Source of the DNA: Thermoflexus hugenholtzii JAD2
GTDB taxonomy: Bacteria; Chloroflexota; Chloroflexia; Chloroflexales; Roseiflexaceae
DNA length: 64,000 nt
Reading direction: 5' to 3'
Assembly: GCA_945881915.1 (NCBI GenBank)
Contig: CAMCVW010000002.1
Location: 84,676-148,675, forward strand
This document shows positions 17,340 to 26,822 of this stretch, piece after piece. A program made the translations under genes and the position numbers. Within the stretch, counting starts at the first letter, position 1; each line of letters starts with the position of its first letter. Under the pieces are notes generated by a model. That model saw only the letters and a list, made by a program, of their open reading frames with translations, was not told the DNA's origin and ran no database searches.

Positions 17340-18299
17340 TTATTTGCGTGCGTTTAACTCGGCGGTGAGGGCCGGCACTATTTCGAGCGCATCACCGACG
17401 ATGCCGTAATTGGCAATGCGGAAGATCGGCGCGTCGGCGTCTTTGTTGATGGCCACGATGGTCCGTGCGGTACGCATGCCGGCCAAGTGTTGAATCGCGC
17501 CTGATATACCAACGGCGATATACAATTTGGGGCTGACAGTTTTGCCGGTCTGCCCGACCTGGTGGTCGTAGTCGATCCAGCCTGCGTCGACAATCGCGCG
17601 TGATGCGCCGTATGCGCCACCGGTAGCGGCTGCCAGAGCTGGGATGAGTGCGTGATAGTTTTCGGCATTGCCGAGACCACGCCCGCCCGACACGATGATG
17701 CCCGCGTCGCTCAAACTCACACCGCTGGTGCTTTTGTTGGCGCTGACATGTTCGATACGCGTCGCCAAACCAGCGACCGTGATGGCACTGATGGGTGATG
17801 GCGCAGCAGCTACCGGTGCTTCGGCATGGGTCTGCTTGCGTACCGATACAACCACTGTTGGCGCTGCATAGCGTAACGTGGTGGACACATTACCGGCGTG
17901 CGAACTTCGGGTCGCCAACACGCCTGCACCCTCGAAGCGCACATCGCTGGCATCAGCTGCCAGCGCACCGCCGAGTTCGGCAGCCAAGGCCGCACTGACA
18001 TCGCGCATGCGCAACGAACCCGTGGTCAGGACGATGGCCGGCGTGGTCTGGGCCACCACCGCAATAGCCGCCTGCACGAATGCATCTGTAGCCAGATGGG
18101 TCAGACAGTGCGCAGCGACCGTGACCACCGCCTTTGCGCCGTACCGAGCCGCATCGGCGGCCAATGCATCGACCGTGGCCCCAAATACGGCAATCGTGGT
18201 ATCACCTAGTGCTATCGCGCGAGCAATCACCTCACGCTGCGGGCCGGTGACTGTCGTCGCTCCCTGAGGAGCATCAAGTACTACAAGAATGTTCGCCAT
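17340..18299 (-). CDS. etfA: Electron transfer flavoprotein alpha subunit
   Basis: 319 aa with the C-terminal FAD-binding motif [29 protein letters not shown]. Confidence 0.9.
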   Translation of the reverse strand: MANILVVLDAPQGATTVTGPQREVIARAIALGDTTIAVFGATVDALAADAARYGAKAVVTVAAHCLTHLATDAFVQAAIAVVAQTTPAIVLTTGSLRMRDVSAALAAELGGALAADASDVRFEGAGVLATRSSHAGNVSTTLRYAAPTVVVSVRKQTHAEAPVAAAPSPISAITVAGLATRIEHVSANKSTSGVSLSDAGIIVSGGRGLGNAENYHALIPALAAATGGAYGASRAIVDAGWIDYDHQVGQTGKTVSPKLYIAVGISGAIQHLAGMRTARTIVAINKDADAPIFRIANYGIVGDALEIVPALTAELNARK

Positions 18300-18307
18300 G
18301 ATGCCTC

Positions 18308-19057
18308 CTACAATGCCTGATCGGCGATGAGCCGATCGACGAGCGTCCGTACTTTGCTGGCGACGTCAGCGCCGGCGATGATTTCGCCCGCTTTGCGGGC
18401 TGCGGGTGGCACACGATCGACCACACTGGCTGCATTGGTGTATGCGCCGGCGACGATGACCGGAACCTCGGCTTTGGCGTATTTGCGCACGCGCAGCAAC
18501 GATGGGAAGCGCGGTTCGACCGCACCTTTGCCCACACTGATGAGGACGGGGAGCGGCACCTTGACCACTTCGGTTTCGTCTTCGAGGCTGCGCTCGAGTT
18601 CGAGGTGCGTAGCCGACGACGAGACAATTTTGGTGACATAGGTGACATGCGTCCACCCCATGCGGCGGGCAAGCATCGGACCGAACGCCGCACTCTCGTC
18701 GTCGGTGGCATTGCGGCCACAGACAATGACATCGGCAGCTGCCAGGGTCGCAATGGCGGACTGGACAATCCCAACCGCACTGGCCACGTCGGGTTCTCCA
18801 TCTGCTGTCACGAGGACGGCGTTGGTTGCACCCATGGCCAAGGAGCGCCGGAGTTGGTCGACGGTGTCGTCGCTGCCCAACGACAGCACGGTGACGTCGC
18901 CGCCGTGCTCGTCATTGAGGGACAAGGCTGCCTCGAGGGCGTACTCGTCAAAGAGATTCAAAATCGGCTCGATACCGCTCACATCGACGCGCTTGTTGGC
19001 ATCAATGGCAACACTGTTGTCACGCGGGACCTGCTTGATACAGGCGATGATGTGCAT
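18308..19057 (-). CDS. etfB: Electron transfer flavoprotein beta subunit
   Basis: [13 protein letters not shown].. is a typical EtfB N-terminus. The gene lies 8 nt upstream of etfA. Confidence 0.9.
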   Translation of the reverse strand: MHIIACIKQVPRDNSVAIDANKRVDVSGIEPILNLFDEYALEAALSLNDEHGGDVTVLSLGSDDTVDQLRRSLAMGATNAVLVTADGEPDVASAVGIVQSAIATLAAADVIVCGRNATDDESAAFGPMLARRMGWTHVTYVTKIVSSSATHLELERSLEDETEVVKVPLPVLISVGKGAVEPRFPSLLRVRKYAKAEVPVIVAGAYTNAASVVDRVPPAARKAGEIIAGADVASKVRTLVDRLIADQAL

Positions 19058-19060
19058 GGT

Positions 19061-20317
19061 TTATTCTGCTTCCCAGGCTTCTTTGTTGTATGCCGGCAGT
19101 TCGCAGCGCAGTTTGGGGGCGAGTTCGCGGGTGCCCATGGCAAAGTCTGCCTGGAGCAATTCCTGCAGTTCACGGGTGCCTTCGTAGATGACGCCGCCAC
19201 GGGCGTTGCGCAAGAAGCGCTCGACCGGATACTCATCCGAGAATCCGTATGCACCGTGGATCTGGACTGCATCGTCGGCTGACTCCCAGCTACTGACAGT
19301 GGCGTGCCACTTGCCCAGCGTCGTTTCACGCGTGTTACGGCGCCCAGCGTTCTTCATCCAGCCAGACTTGTATACCAAAAGACGACCCATGTCCATTTTG
19401 CGGACCATGTTGCTAATCATGCGCTTGACCAACTGGTGGTCGCCGATAGGCACACCAAAGGTGTGTCGTTCTTTGGCATACGTGACACTGGCCTCGAGTG
19501 CGCCTTGGATGCCGCCGACGGCACCAGCGGCTACCGTGTAACGGCCACTGTCGAGGGCAGTCATGGCGATTTTGAAGCCTTCGCCTTCTTCACCGAGACG
19601 GTTTTCGACTGGTACGCGCATGTCTTGGAAGACAATGCCGCCGGTGTTGCCGGCACGCACACCCAACTTGCCATGCAGTGGGTAGGACGAAAAGCCGGGC
19701 ATCGATCGCTCGACGATGAAGCATGAAATACCACGATTGCCCTTTGATGGGTCGGTTTTGGCAAACACCACGAATGTATCGGCGATGTCGGACAAGCTAA
19801 TCCAGATTTTCTCACCGTTCAAAATATAGTGGTCACCGTCACGGCGGGCAGTACTCGTCATTGCGCCGGCGTCGGTACCGCTGTTTGGCTCGGTCAAGCC
19901 GTATGCGCCGATTTGCTTGCCTTCGGCCTGGGGCTTGAGGTACTTCATCTTTTGGGCTTCGTTACCCCATTGGAAGATCGTCATCGAGTTGAGGCCGACG
20001 TGCACGCTGGCGACCACCCGCAAAAAGCTATCCATGCGTTCGAGTTCTTCACACAGCACGGCGAGGGCGAGGTAGTCCATGCCGGCGCCGCCGTATTTGG
20101 CGGGGAAACAAATCCCCAAAAAGCCCAGTTTGCCCATTTTTTCAATCAAAGGTCGAATATGCGTGCGGGTCTCGGGGCCTTCGCCGTGTTCGGCGCCGCT
20201 GCGATCCCAGGCACGGATATTGGGGGCTACTTCGCGTTCGGCAAAATCTCGAACCGTCTGACGCAACATGTCGTGTTCCTCGTTGAGGAACATATCGTAG
20301 TTAGCAGTGAAATCCAT
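19061..20317 (-). CDS. Acyl-CoA dehydrogenase
   Basis: Track ORF 19061..20431. ATG 20317 (MDFTANYDMFLNEEH) has AAGGAAGGAAA upstream. Motifs GLTEPNSGTDAG, YEGTRELQ and the catalytic-base region. It sits 3 nt upstream of etfB. Confidence 0.85.
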   Translation of the reverse strand: MDFTANYDMFLNEEHDMLRQTVRDFAEREVAPNIRAWDRSGAEHGEGPETRTHIRPLIEKMGKLGFLGICFPAKYGGAGMDYLALAVLCEELERMDSFLRVVASVHVGLNSMTIFQWGNEAQKMKYLKPQAEGKQIGAYGLTEPNSGTDAGAMTSTARRDGDHYILNGEKIWISLSDIADTFVVFAKTDPSKGNRGISCFIVERSMPGFSSYPLHGKLGVRAGNTGGIVFQDMRVPVENRLGEEGEGFKIAMTALDSGRYTVAAGAVGGIQGALEASVTYAKERHTFGVPIGDHQLVKRMISNMVRKMDMGRLLVYKSGWMKNAGRRNTRETTLGKWHATVSSWESADDAVQIHGAYGFSDEYPVERFLRNARGGVIYEGTRELQELLQADFAMGTRELAPKLRCELPAYNKEAWEAE

Positions 20318-20360
20318 CAGTGATTTCCTTCCTTCATGAATACGCCAACAAATCGTCCCC

Positions 20361-20392
20361 ATTATACCGGATATCGCATCGGCATACCGATG
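20361..20392 (-). promoter_or_regulatory. Candidate -10 box plus palindromic operator upstream of the acyl-CoA dehydrogenase/etfBA operon
   Basis: On the minus strand, TATAAT (20366-20361) is preceded by the perfect palindrome CATCGG-tatg-CCGATG (20392-20377). No good -35 was seen. Confidence 0.3.
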
Positions 20393-20400
20393 ATTTTTGG

Positions 20401-20449
20401 TCTGACGCACCCGTGTGTCTGTGACATACATGCGTCAGATTATTTTTTT
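20401..20449 (+). terminator. Orphan terminator-like hairpin with a T-run in a divergent intergenic region
   Basis: TCTGACGC (20401-20408) pairs with GCGTCAGA (20432-20439) across a 23-nt loop, followed by TTATTTTTTTG. No plus-strand gene ends upstream of it. Confidence 0.35.
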
Positions 20450-20615
20450 GTCTGAGAAAAGGCGGATTCGCCGCAGCGCATACAGATGCGTGCTGAGGGG
20501 CATAACAGTCTGGGCGTAGCGGGAGTGGATGCTCCCCGCGCAATCTGGTGAGTGGATTCGATAGCCGATGTAAATCGAATCTATAATAGAACTCTCACCT
20601 AGTCATCGAGGTAGC

Positions 20616-21371
20616 ATGCGTCCAGCAATCCAGATTTTCCCCGTGGCCGGCATTGGCGACGTCGTCCCCGGACAAGACATCCATTCCCTCATCGTAGCGG
20701 GTTTGGCATACTCCGAAATCACGCTTGTCGCCGGGGATATCCTCGTCGTCACCCAAAAAATCGTCTCGAAAGCCGAAGGGCGCCTGGTCGATCCGCGCAC
20801 CGTCACGCCGTCCCACATCGCCGAAATGTGCGCTGCACAGGGTCACAAAGATGCGTGTTACTACGAAGTTGTGCTGCGTGAGAGTAAACGCATCATCAAA
20901 ATGGACCGCGGTGTCCTCATCTGTGAGACGCATCACGGCCTGATCTGCGCCAATGCAGGTGTCGACGAATCCAACGTCGACGGCGGCACACACATCACAC
21001 TGCTCCCCGTCGACCCTGATGCATCGGCACGCGGAATTCAAGCAGGAGTCGGCGTAGCAACGGGCGTTGCGCCTGCGGTGATCATTACGGACTCGTTTGG
21101 CCGAGCATGGCGCGAAGGCCAGGTGAACATTGCCATCGGCGTTGCAGGTATCAACCCGATTGAAGACTATGCTGGTCAAGACGACCCGTTCGGCTACCGC
21201 ATGCAAGCTAGCATGTTGGCGATTGGCGACGAAATAGCCGCTGCCGCCGAACTGGTGATGGGCAAAACCGATCGCATCCCGGTAGCCGTGGTGCGTGGCG
21301 TCACCTACCAGACCAGCCCGTCGGCGGCAAGTGCATTGATTCGCCCGGCCAACAAAGACCTGTTCCGCTGA
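20616..21371 (+). CDS. cofE: Coenzyme F420:L-glutamate ligase (CofE; N-terminal FbiB-type domain)
   Basis: MRPAIQIFPVAGIGDVVPGQDI..GDILVVTQKIVSKAEGRLV..NAGVDESNV is the characteristic CofE pattern. Confidence 0.85.
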   Translation: MRPAIQIFPVAGIGDVVPGQDIHSLIVAGLAYSEITLVAGDILVVTQKIVSKAEGRLVDPRTVTPSHIAEMCAAQGHKDACYYEVVLRESKRIIKMDRGVLICETHHGLICANAGVDESNVDGGTHITLLPVDPDASARGIQAGVGVATGVAPAVIITDSFGRAWREGQVNIAIGVAGINPIEDYAGQDDPFGYRMQASMLAIGDEIAAAAELVMGKTDRIPVAVVRGVTYQTSPSAASALIRPANKDLFR

Positions 21372-21379
21372 GCGCGCCG

Positions 21380-21979
21380 ATGGAACTCCACGACGCCATC
21401 CAACGTCGGGCTTCGGTGCGGCGCTTCAGTGACGAACCAGTCCCGCCAGCCGTCATCGACGCCCTCCTGGCTGTAGCCGCACTGGCACCGTCGGCCCATG
21501 GTCGCCAGCCGTGGCAATTCATCGTCATCGCGCCTGGACAGAGTCGTCAACGTTTGGTCGATGCCATGGCCGTTGAATGGCGGCAGCATTTGGCTGGCGA
21601 TGGCGTCGACATTGCACAAATCGTGGAACGGCACGCTGCCTCGGCCGCTCGGATCCTGGCTGCGCCGGCATTACTGCTGCCCTGCATCGACCGTAGCCTG
21701 CTCGATGTCTATCCCGACGCCCATCGCCAGCAAGCCGAATACACCATGGCAGTGCAGAGCATCGGCTGTGCGATTCAAAACATCCTGCTGAGTGCCGTTG
21801 CACGCGGCTATGATGCCGGTTGGATGTGTGCGCCATTGTTTTGTGGTGATGCTGTGCGCCGAGAATTTGCCTTACCCGCGACACTCGACCCGCAAGCGCT
21901 CATCCCCGTGGGGCGCAAGGCCGTCGAACCCAAACGGCGCCCCAAACGAGGTGCCGACGCACTTCGGCTTGACCGCTAA
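21380..21979 (+). CDS. Nitroreductase-family protein, equivalent to the C-terminal FbiB domain (candidate dehydro-F420-0 reductase)
   Basis: MELHDAIQRRASVRRFSDEPVP..APSAHGRQPWQFIVI. It begins 8 nt after cofE. Confidence 0.7.
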   Translation: MELHDAIQRRASVRRFSDEPVPPAVIDALLAVAALAPSAHGRQPWQFIVIAPGQSRQRLVDAMAVEWRQHLAGDGVDIAQIVERHAASAARILAAPALLLPCIDRSLLDVYPDAHRQQAEYTMAVQSIGCAIQNILLSAVARGYDAGWMCAPLFCGDAVRREFALPATLDPQALIPVGRKAVEPKRRPKRGADALRLDR

Positions 21980-22029
21980 TCTGTGCCTATCTGCGGCATG
22001 GTGAGTGATTTTTTTGGTAAGATAAGCGC

Positions 22030-22983
22030 ATGCAGACACACACGCCATTCACCACCGATACGTCCTCCATTGCAGTCCTGTGTGGCGGGGTCGGCGCCGC
22101 CCGATTCCTCGAGGGACTGGTACAAATCGTACCGCCGCAGACCATTCACGCCATTATCAATACCGGCGACGACATCGAGCTCCATGGCCTCGAGATAAGT
22201 CCCGATGTCGATATCGTGCTGTGCACACTAGCCGGTCTCATCCATCCCGGCCAAGGCTGGGGGATTGTCGATGACACTGACCACTGCATGAACATGCTGG
22301 CTCGTCTGGGGGCCCCCAATTGGTTCATGCTCGGTGACAAAGACCTCGCCTTGCACATCCAACGCACTGCATTGCTCAAACAAGGACAATCGGCAACACA
22401 GATAGCCCAACAATTCGGGCGCGCACTGAGTGTCGCGGTACAGCTCTTGCCGATGACGCACCAGAATGTGCAAACCCACATCGAGACGCCGGACGGTTCC
22501 GTCCACTTCCAGCACTACCTCGTGCGCGACCGCGCCAAGGCGCATATCACCGGCATCAGCTACCAAGGCATCGCCGACGCCACTGCCACGGACGAAGTCT
22601 GGGCTGCACTGCGCAGTGCCAGCCGCATTTGCATCGCACCCAGCAATCCGATTGTGAGTGTGGGGACGATTCTGGCGCTGCCTGGAGTGCGAGATTTTCT
22701 CCAAAATCGGACCGTTCCTGTTGTGGCAGTCAGCCCGATTGTGGGAGGTGGTGCCATCAAAGGCCCACTCGTTCCCATGCTGGTCAATGCAGGCTACGAG
22801 GTTTCGCCGCTGGGTATTGCCCAGTGGTATACCGGGCTCATTGACACACTCGTTATCGACACTGTCGACGCAGCGTATGCTCCAGCTATCAGAGCTCTCG
22901 GTGTCATACCGATCATCACCGACACGATCATGCGCGATGCGGCGACGAAAGCAGCTTTGGCGCGGACGGTGTTGCAATCATGA
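22030..22983 (+). CDS. cofD: 2-phospho-L-lactate (EPPG) transferase
   Basis: N-terminal IAVLCGGVGAARFLEGL, with overall CofD/FbiA-like length and pattern. Confidence 0.9.
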   Translation: MQTHTPFTTDTSSIAVLCGGVGAARFLEGLVQIVPPQTIHAIINTGDDIELHGLEISPDVDIVLCTLAGLIHPGQGWGIVDDTDHCMNMLARLGAPNWFMLGDKDLALHIQRTALLKQGQSATQIAQQFGRALSVAVQLLPMTHQNVQTHIETPDGSVHFQHYLVRDRAKAHITGISYQGIADATATDEVWAALRSASRICIAPSNPIVSVGTILALPGVRDFLQNRTVPVVAVSPIVGGGAIKGPLVPMLVNAGYEVSPLGIAQWYTGLIDTLVIDTVDAAYAPAIRALGVIPIITDTIMRDAATKAALARTVLQS

Positions 22984-23633
22984 CGGTGCATGCACTCATC
23001 CCCTTCGGCGCAGTGGAACGTGCCAAAACGCGCCTCGGGGCATTTTTGTCGCCGGTCCAAAGACAGACGCTGGCAGTGGTCATGTTGATGGACGTCATCG
23101 GTGTCTTGCAGACGACTAGTTGTGTGGCCAGCATTGCCGTGATCGGACCATTGTCCAACCGCAAACTCTTTGCCCTCCCGGTAGGGGTGCGCTCGATACT
23201 CGAAGGCAAACCATCGCTGAACGGCGCAGTCGCCATGGCGGTACGCTCCATCCCCGATGGCGACAGTGTGCTCGTCATCCATGCAGATTTGCCCCTCCTC
23301 GACGCCGGAGACATCGATGCGTTTGTACGCGCCACGCCTGCAGACGGTGTGTCGTTGGCCAAATCTGCTGACGGCGGGACGCCTGCGATTTGCAGTCACA
23401 TCGGCACTGCTTGGCAATGGCAATTCGGCCCGCGCAGTTTTTACCTGCATCGTGATACGGCGAGCAAAGCCGGCATCCCCTACGTCGTCGACGACAGCAG
23501 CAGCCTGACCATAGATGTCGATACCCCCGAAGATCTGCTCGCACTCGACCCCGCGTTCTGTGGAACACAAACAGCAGCGTTTGTACAGACAATCACCCGC
23601 ACGTATACTCCAAAACCACGCCGACCCGAGTAA
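22980..23633 (+). CDS. cofC: Phospholactate/PEP guanylyltransferase
   Basis: MTVHALIPFGAVERAKTRLG..VLVIHADLPLL. ATGA overlap with cofD. Confidence 0.8.
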   Translation: MTVHALIPFGAVERAKTRLGAFLSPVQRQTLAVVMLMDVIGVLQTTSCVASIAVIGPLSNRKLFALPVGVRSILEGKPSLNGAVAMAVRSIPDGDSVLVIHADLPLLDAGDIDAFVRATPADGVSLAKSADGGTPAICSHIGTAWQWQFGPRSFYLHRDTASKAGIPYVVDDSSSLTIDVDTPEDLLALDPAFCGTQTAAFVQTITRTYTPKPRRPE

Positions 23634-23662
23634 GCCGGTCCATATCACAAAAGAGGAACCAC

Positions 23663-24658
23663 ATGGGCATCATTGGCTACGCAGCAGCGCTCGAACAGTT
23701 TGATCCGACAGAACTCGTTGGATATGCCCAACTCGCTGAACGCAATGGATTCGGTGGAGTTATGGCAGCCGATCACTTCCAACCGTGGGTCCCGCAGCAG
23801 GGCCACAACGCATTTGTGTGGAGTTGGATGGCAGCCATGGGCGCCACAACGTCCAACATGACCTTTGGCCCTGGCGTCACCTGCCCGTCGTTCCGCTACC
23901 ATCCATCCACCGTCGCCCAAGCCGCTGCCACGCAGGCAGTGTTGACACCTAGCCGATTTTGGTTGGGATTGGGCAGCGGTGAAGCGCTCAACGAACGCGT
24001 CGTCGGCGGCGTCTGGCCCGAGCCACACGTGCGTTTGGCCATGATGCAGGAAGCAATTGGCATCATCAAGCAGCTGTTTTCGGGAAAGACCGTCAAACAC
24101 GACAACGGCAAATACTTCACCATCGAACGCGTCAAAATGTGGACCCTGCCCACCACCCCGCCGCCGATCTATGTCGCGACCGCAGGCCCGATAACGGCCG
24201 CCTGGTGTGGCCGCGAGCTCGACGGCATCATCACGCCCGGTGCCTCGCACGACAAGCTGAAAATGCTGCTCGGCAAATTTGCCGATGGTGCTACATCCGT
24301 CGGTAAAGACCCACGCACCATGCCCAAATTATTGCAGTTGCATCTGTCGTGGGCCGACACCGACGAAGAAGCCACTGCCAACGCCATGACCGAATGGCCC
24401 AATGGTGGCATGGCCTTCCCCAAGCAAGACATCCGTAGCCCCGAGGACTTTGCCGAGATTGCCAAGCTGGTCCGGCACGAGAACTTCAAGAACCGTATGC
24501 TCATCTCGGCCGACCTCGATAAGCACCGCGCGCAGATCCAGTCGTTCATCGATTTGGGCTTCACCGAGATCCACATCCACAACGTTGGCCGGAACCAAAC
24601 GGCGTTCATCGAACAATTCGGCAAACACGTCATCCCCAATCTGGTTTGGCCCGCATGA
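23663..24658 (+). CDS. fgd: F420-dependent glucose-6-phosphate dehydrogenase (LLM class)
   Basis: GYAAALEQFDPTELV..ADHFQPW..LGLGSGEALNE..; 331 aa, typical of Fgd. Confidence 0.85.
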   Translation: MGIIGYAAALEQFDPTELVGYAQLAERNGFGGVMAADHFQPWVPQQGHNAFVWSWMAAMGATTSNMTFGPGVTCPSFRYHPSTVAQAAATQAVLTPSRFWLGLGSGEALNERVVGGVWPEPHVRLAMMQEAIGIIKQLFSGKTVKHDNGKYFTIERVKMWTLPTTPPPIYVATAGPITAAWCGRELDGIITPGASHDKLKMLLGKFADGATSVGKDPRTMPKLLQLHLSWADTDEEATANAMTEWPNGGMAFPKQDIRSPEDFAEIAKLVRHENFKNRMLISADLDKHRAQIQSFIDLGFTEIHIHNVGRNQTAFIEQFGKHVIPNLVWPA

Positions 24659-25056
24659 ATCTGCTGATTCCACCACAGTTCCATGCGCTCATCGCCGCGC
24701 CGACCGTGGCGGTTTTGAGCACCACGCAGCCCGACGGTGCCCCGCATGCCGTACCGGTTTGGTACGATTACGACACCGAAAATATCTACATGACCACCGG
24801 CACGACAACGGTCAAATACCGGAACCTGATGGCCAACCCGCGAGCAGTGGTGCTGTTTGTCGATCCCATCGATGCAAATCGATACTGCGCGATACATACC
24901 CGTCTGACCGCACGGTCGGATGGCACAACGGGATTGGCGCATCTGCACACACTCGCCCAGCGTTACATGGGCGTACCCGAATACCCTTACGCCAACGCAA
25001 CTGATATCTATTGCCGGCTGAGTCTGAGTATTACGCGCATCAGTAGCCTCGGCTAG
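24655..25056 (+). CDS. PPOX-class (pyridoxamine 5'-phosphate oxidase-like) probable F420-dependent enzyme
   Basis: Track ORF 24646..25056. ATG 24655 forms an ATGA overlap with fgd. Motifs PTVAVLSTTQPDGAPHAVPVWYDYD and KYRNLMANPRAVV. Confidence 0.7.
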   Translation: MNLLIPPQFHALIAAPTVAVLSTTQPDGAPHAVPVWYDYDTENIYMTTGTTTVKYRNLMANPRAVVLFVDPIDANRYCAIHTRLTARSDGTTGLAHLHTLAQRYMGVPEYPYANATDIYCRLSLSITRISSLG

Positions 25057-25064
25057 GAGCACCC

Positions 25065-25466
25065 ATGCATCCCATCATTCCGACCGGATACCAAGACTTG
25101 ATTACTAATCCCATAGTCGCCGGTTTGGCGACCACCATGGCCGATGGCACCCCACAGGTCACGCCCGTCTGGTTCAGCTACAGCAACGGATTGTTTTATG
25201 TCAACGCAGCAACGGGTCGCTTGAAGGACAAAAACATCCGCCGCGCGCCGTACGTCGCACTGCTGATCGTCGATCCGACCAATGCCTACCGGTATGTGGC
25301 GGTGCGCGGGCCGGTCATCGATATATCGGATGAAGTGGTTGGCCGCAACCACATCAACGAATTATCGTTCCGCTATTTTGGGCGGCCGGTCTACCAGAGT
25401 GACGATCCCCATGAAGTCCGGGCGCGCTACACTATCCGTCCCGACCATATCAGCACCATGGGCTAA
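25065..25466 (+). CDS. PPOX-class probable F420-dependent enzyme (paralog of the preceding gene)
   Basis: VAGLATTMADGTPQVTPVWFSY..KDKNIRRAPYVALLIVDP has the same fold signature as the previous gene. Confidence 0.7.
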   Translation: MHPIIPTGYQDLITNPIVAGLATTMADGTPQVTPVWFSYSNGLFYVNAATGRLKDKNIRRAPYVALLIVDPTNAYRYVAVRGPVIDISDEVVGRNHINELSFRYFGRPVYQSDDPHEVRARYTIRPDHISTMG

Positions 25467-25519
25467 TGTAGTACTCATTTTTGGCGTACACTAGTGGCAC
25501 ACCACAGACAGCGAGGTTT

Positions 25520-26692
25520 ATGATGACTGCACCATTGACGATGCCCCTGCCCGAATTGGCTTCGCAGTTCAATCTGCGCCGCGACATCACCTTCCTCAAC
25601 CACGGGAGCTTCGGCTCGTGCCCGCGCGAAGTTATTGCCGAGTACCGCCGCTGGCAAGACGAGCTCGAATCCGAACCGGTTCATTTTTTTGGACGACGTC
25701 GGCTCGGCCTGCTCGAAGAAGCCCGCATCAAACTCGGTGCTTTCGTCAATGCCCATGCCGATGATCTGGTATTTGTACCCAACATCACCTACGGCATGAA
25801 CATCGTCATCAATTCGTTGCGCTTCGAGAAGGACGACGAAATCCTGACCACTGACCACGAATACGGCGCCATCAACAACGCCTGGGAGTACCACTTGGGT
25901 CGCAATGGTGGCAAGATGGTCTATGCCACCGTGCCCATCCCGATGACGACCGAGGCTGCCTTCGTCGAACAATTCTGGTCACATGTCACCCCCAAGACCA
26001 AAGCCATCTCGATTAGCCACATCACTTCGGCGACTGCGTTGATCTTCCCCATCAAAGAAATCTGCCGCCGCGCCCGGGCTGCCGGCATCATCACCGTCAT
26101 CGACGGCGCCCACGTACCTGGCCACATAGACCTCGATTTGACCGATCTGGATGCCGACTACTATTCGGCCAACTGCCACAAATGGCTGTGCGCACCCAAG
26201 GGTGCCGGCTTTTTGCACAGTCGCCGCGACATGCAGGCCCGCCTCGAGCCGCTGGTTGTTAGCTGGAACCTGAGCCGGCACCACGACAACATGCCCCGTT
26301 ACGTCAACCTCTTCACCAACGTGGGCACCAACGACCCCGCGCCGTGGTTGGCCGTGCCGGCCGCCATCGAATTCCAACGCAAGCACAACTGGCCAGCAGT
26401 CCGTGCCGCTTGTCACGCATTGGGCTCACAGACGCGCATACGCATCGCCGAGCTGACCGGGTTGCCGCCCGTCAGCGACGAATCACAGACCTGGTGGAAT
26501 CAGATGGCATTGTGCCCGGTTCCTACCGACGAGCGCATCGACTATACCCGCTTGTGGAACGAATTCTCCATCGAAGTACCCGTCGTCGCCTGGAATGGGC
26601 ACACATTCCTGCGCGTGGCGGTGCAGGCCTACAATACGCCTACCGACATGGATCGCCTCATCGAAGCGGTCAAGGTGTTGATCAAAAAGTAA
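25520..26692 (+). CDS. Class V aminotransferase (isopenicillin-N epimerase / cysteine desulfurase-like)
   Basis: Track ORF 25481..26692. ATG 25520 or 25523 lies after GAGG. Motifs FLNHGSFGSCP and the PLP-lysine context YYSANCHKWLCAPKGAGFL. Confidence 0.75.
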   Translation: MMTAPLTMPLPELASQFNLRRDITFLNHGSFGSCPREVIAEYRRWQDELESEPVHFFGRRRLGLLEEARIKLGAFVNAHADDLVFVPNITYGMNIVINSLRFEKDDEILTTDHEYGAINNAWEYHLGRNGGKMVYATVPIPMTTEAAFVEQFWSHVTPKTKAISISHITSATALIFPIKEICRRARAAGIITVIDGAHVPGHIDLDLTDLDADYYSANCHKWLCAPKGAGFLHSRRDMQARLEPLVVSWNLSRHHDNMPRYVNLFTNVGTNDPAPWLAVPAAIEFQRKHNWPAVRAACHALGSQTRIRIAELTGLPPVSDESQTWWNQMALCPVPTDERIDYTRLWNEFSIEVPVVAWNGHTFLRVAVQAYNTPTDMDRLIEAVKVLIKK

Positions 26693-26781
26693 TACCACGG
26701 CACGCCGTGGTATGGGAATGCACCTGCTGCGGGGATGGCACACGCAGAGCCACGGAGTCCAAGAGGAACGCAGAGATTGAC

Positions 26782-26819
26782 GCGGGTGGGGTGCATTGCA
26801 AAGTGCTCCACCCGCTTTC
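26782..26819. terminator. Hairpin terminator between convergent genes
   Basis: GCGGGTGG (26782-26789) pairs with CCACCCGC (26808-26815), with inner pairing, followed by TTTCG on plus. Confidence 0.5.
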
Positions 26820-26822
26820 GCA

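Noticed and set aside
26693-26712. Hairpin TACCACGG-cacg-CCGTGGTA right after the aminotransferase stop, as a terminator
   Set aside because: The stem is short and no T-run follows. The stronger hairpin at 26782-26815 with a trailing TTT is the more likely terminator.
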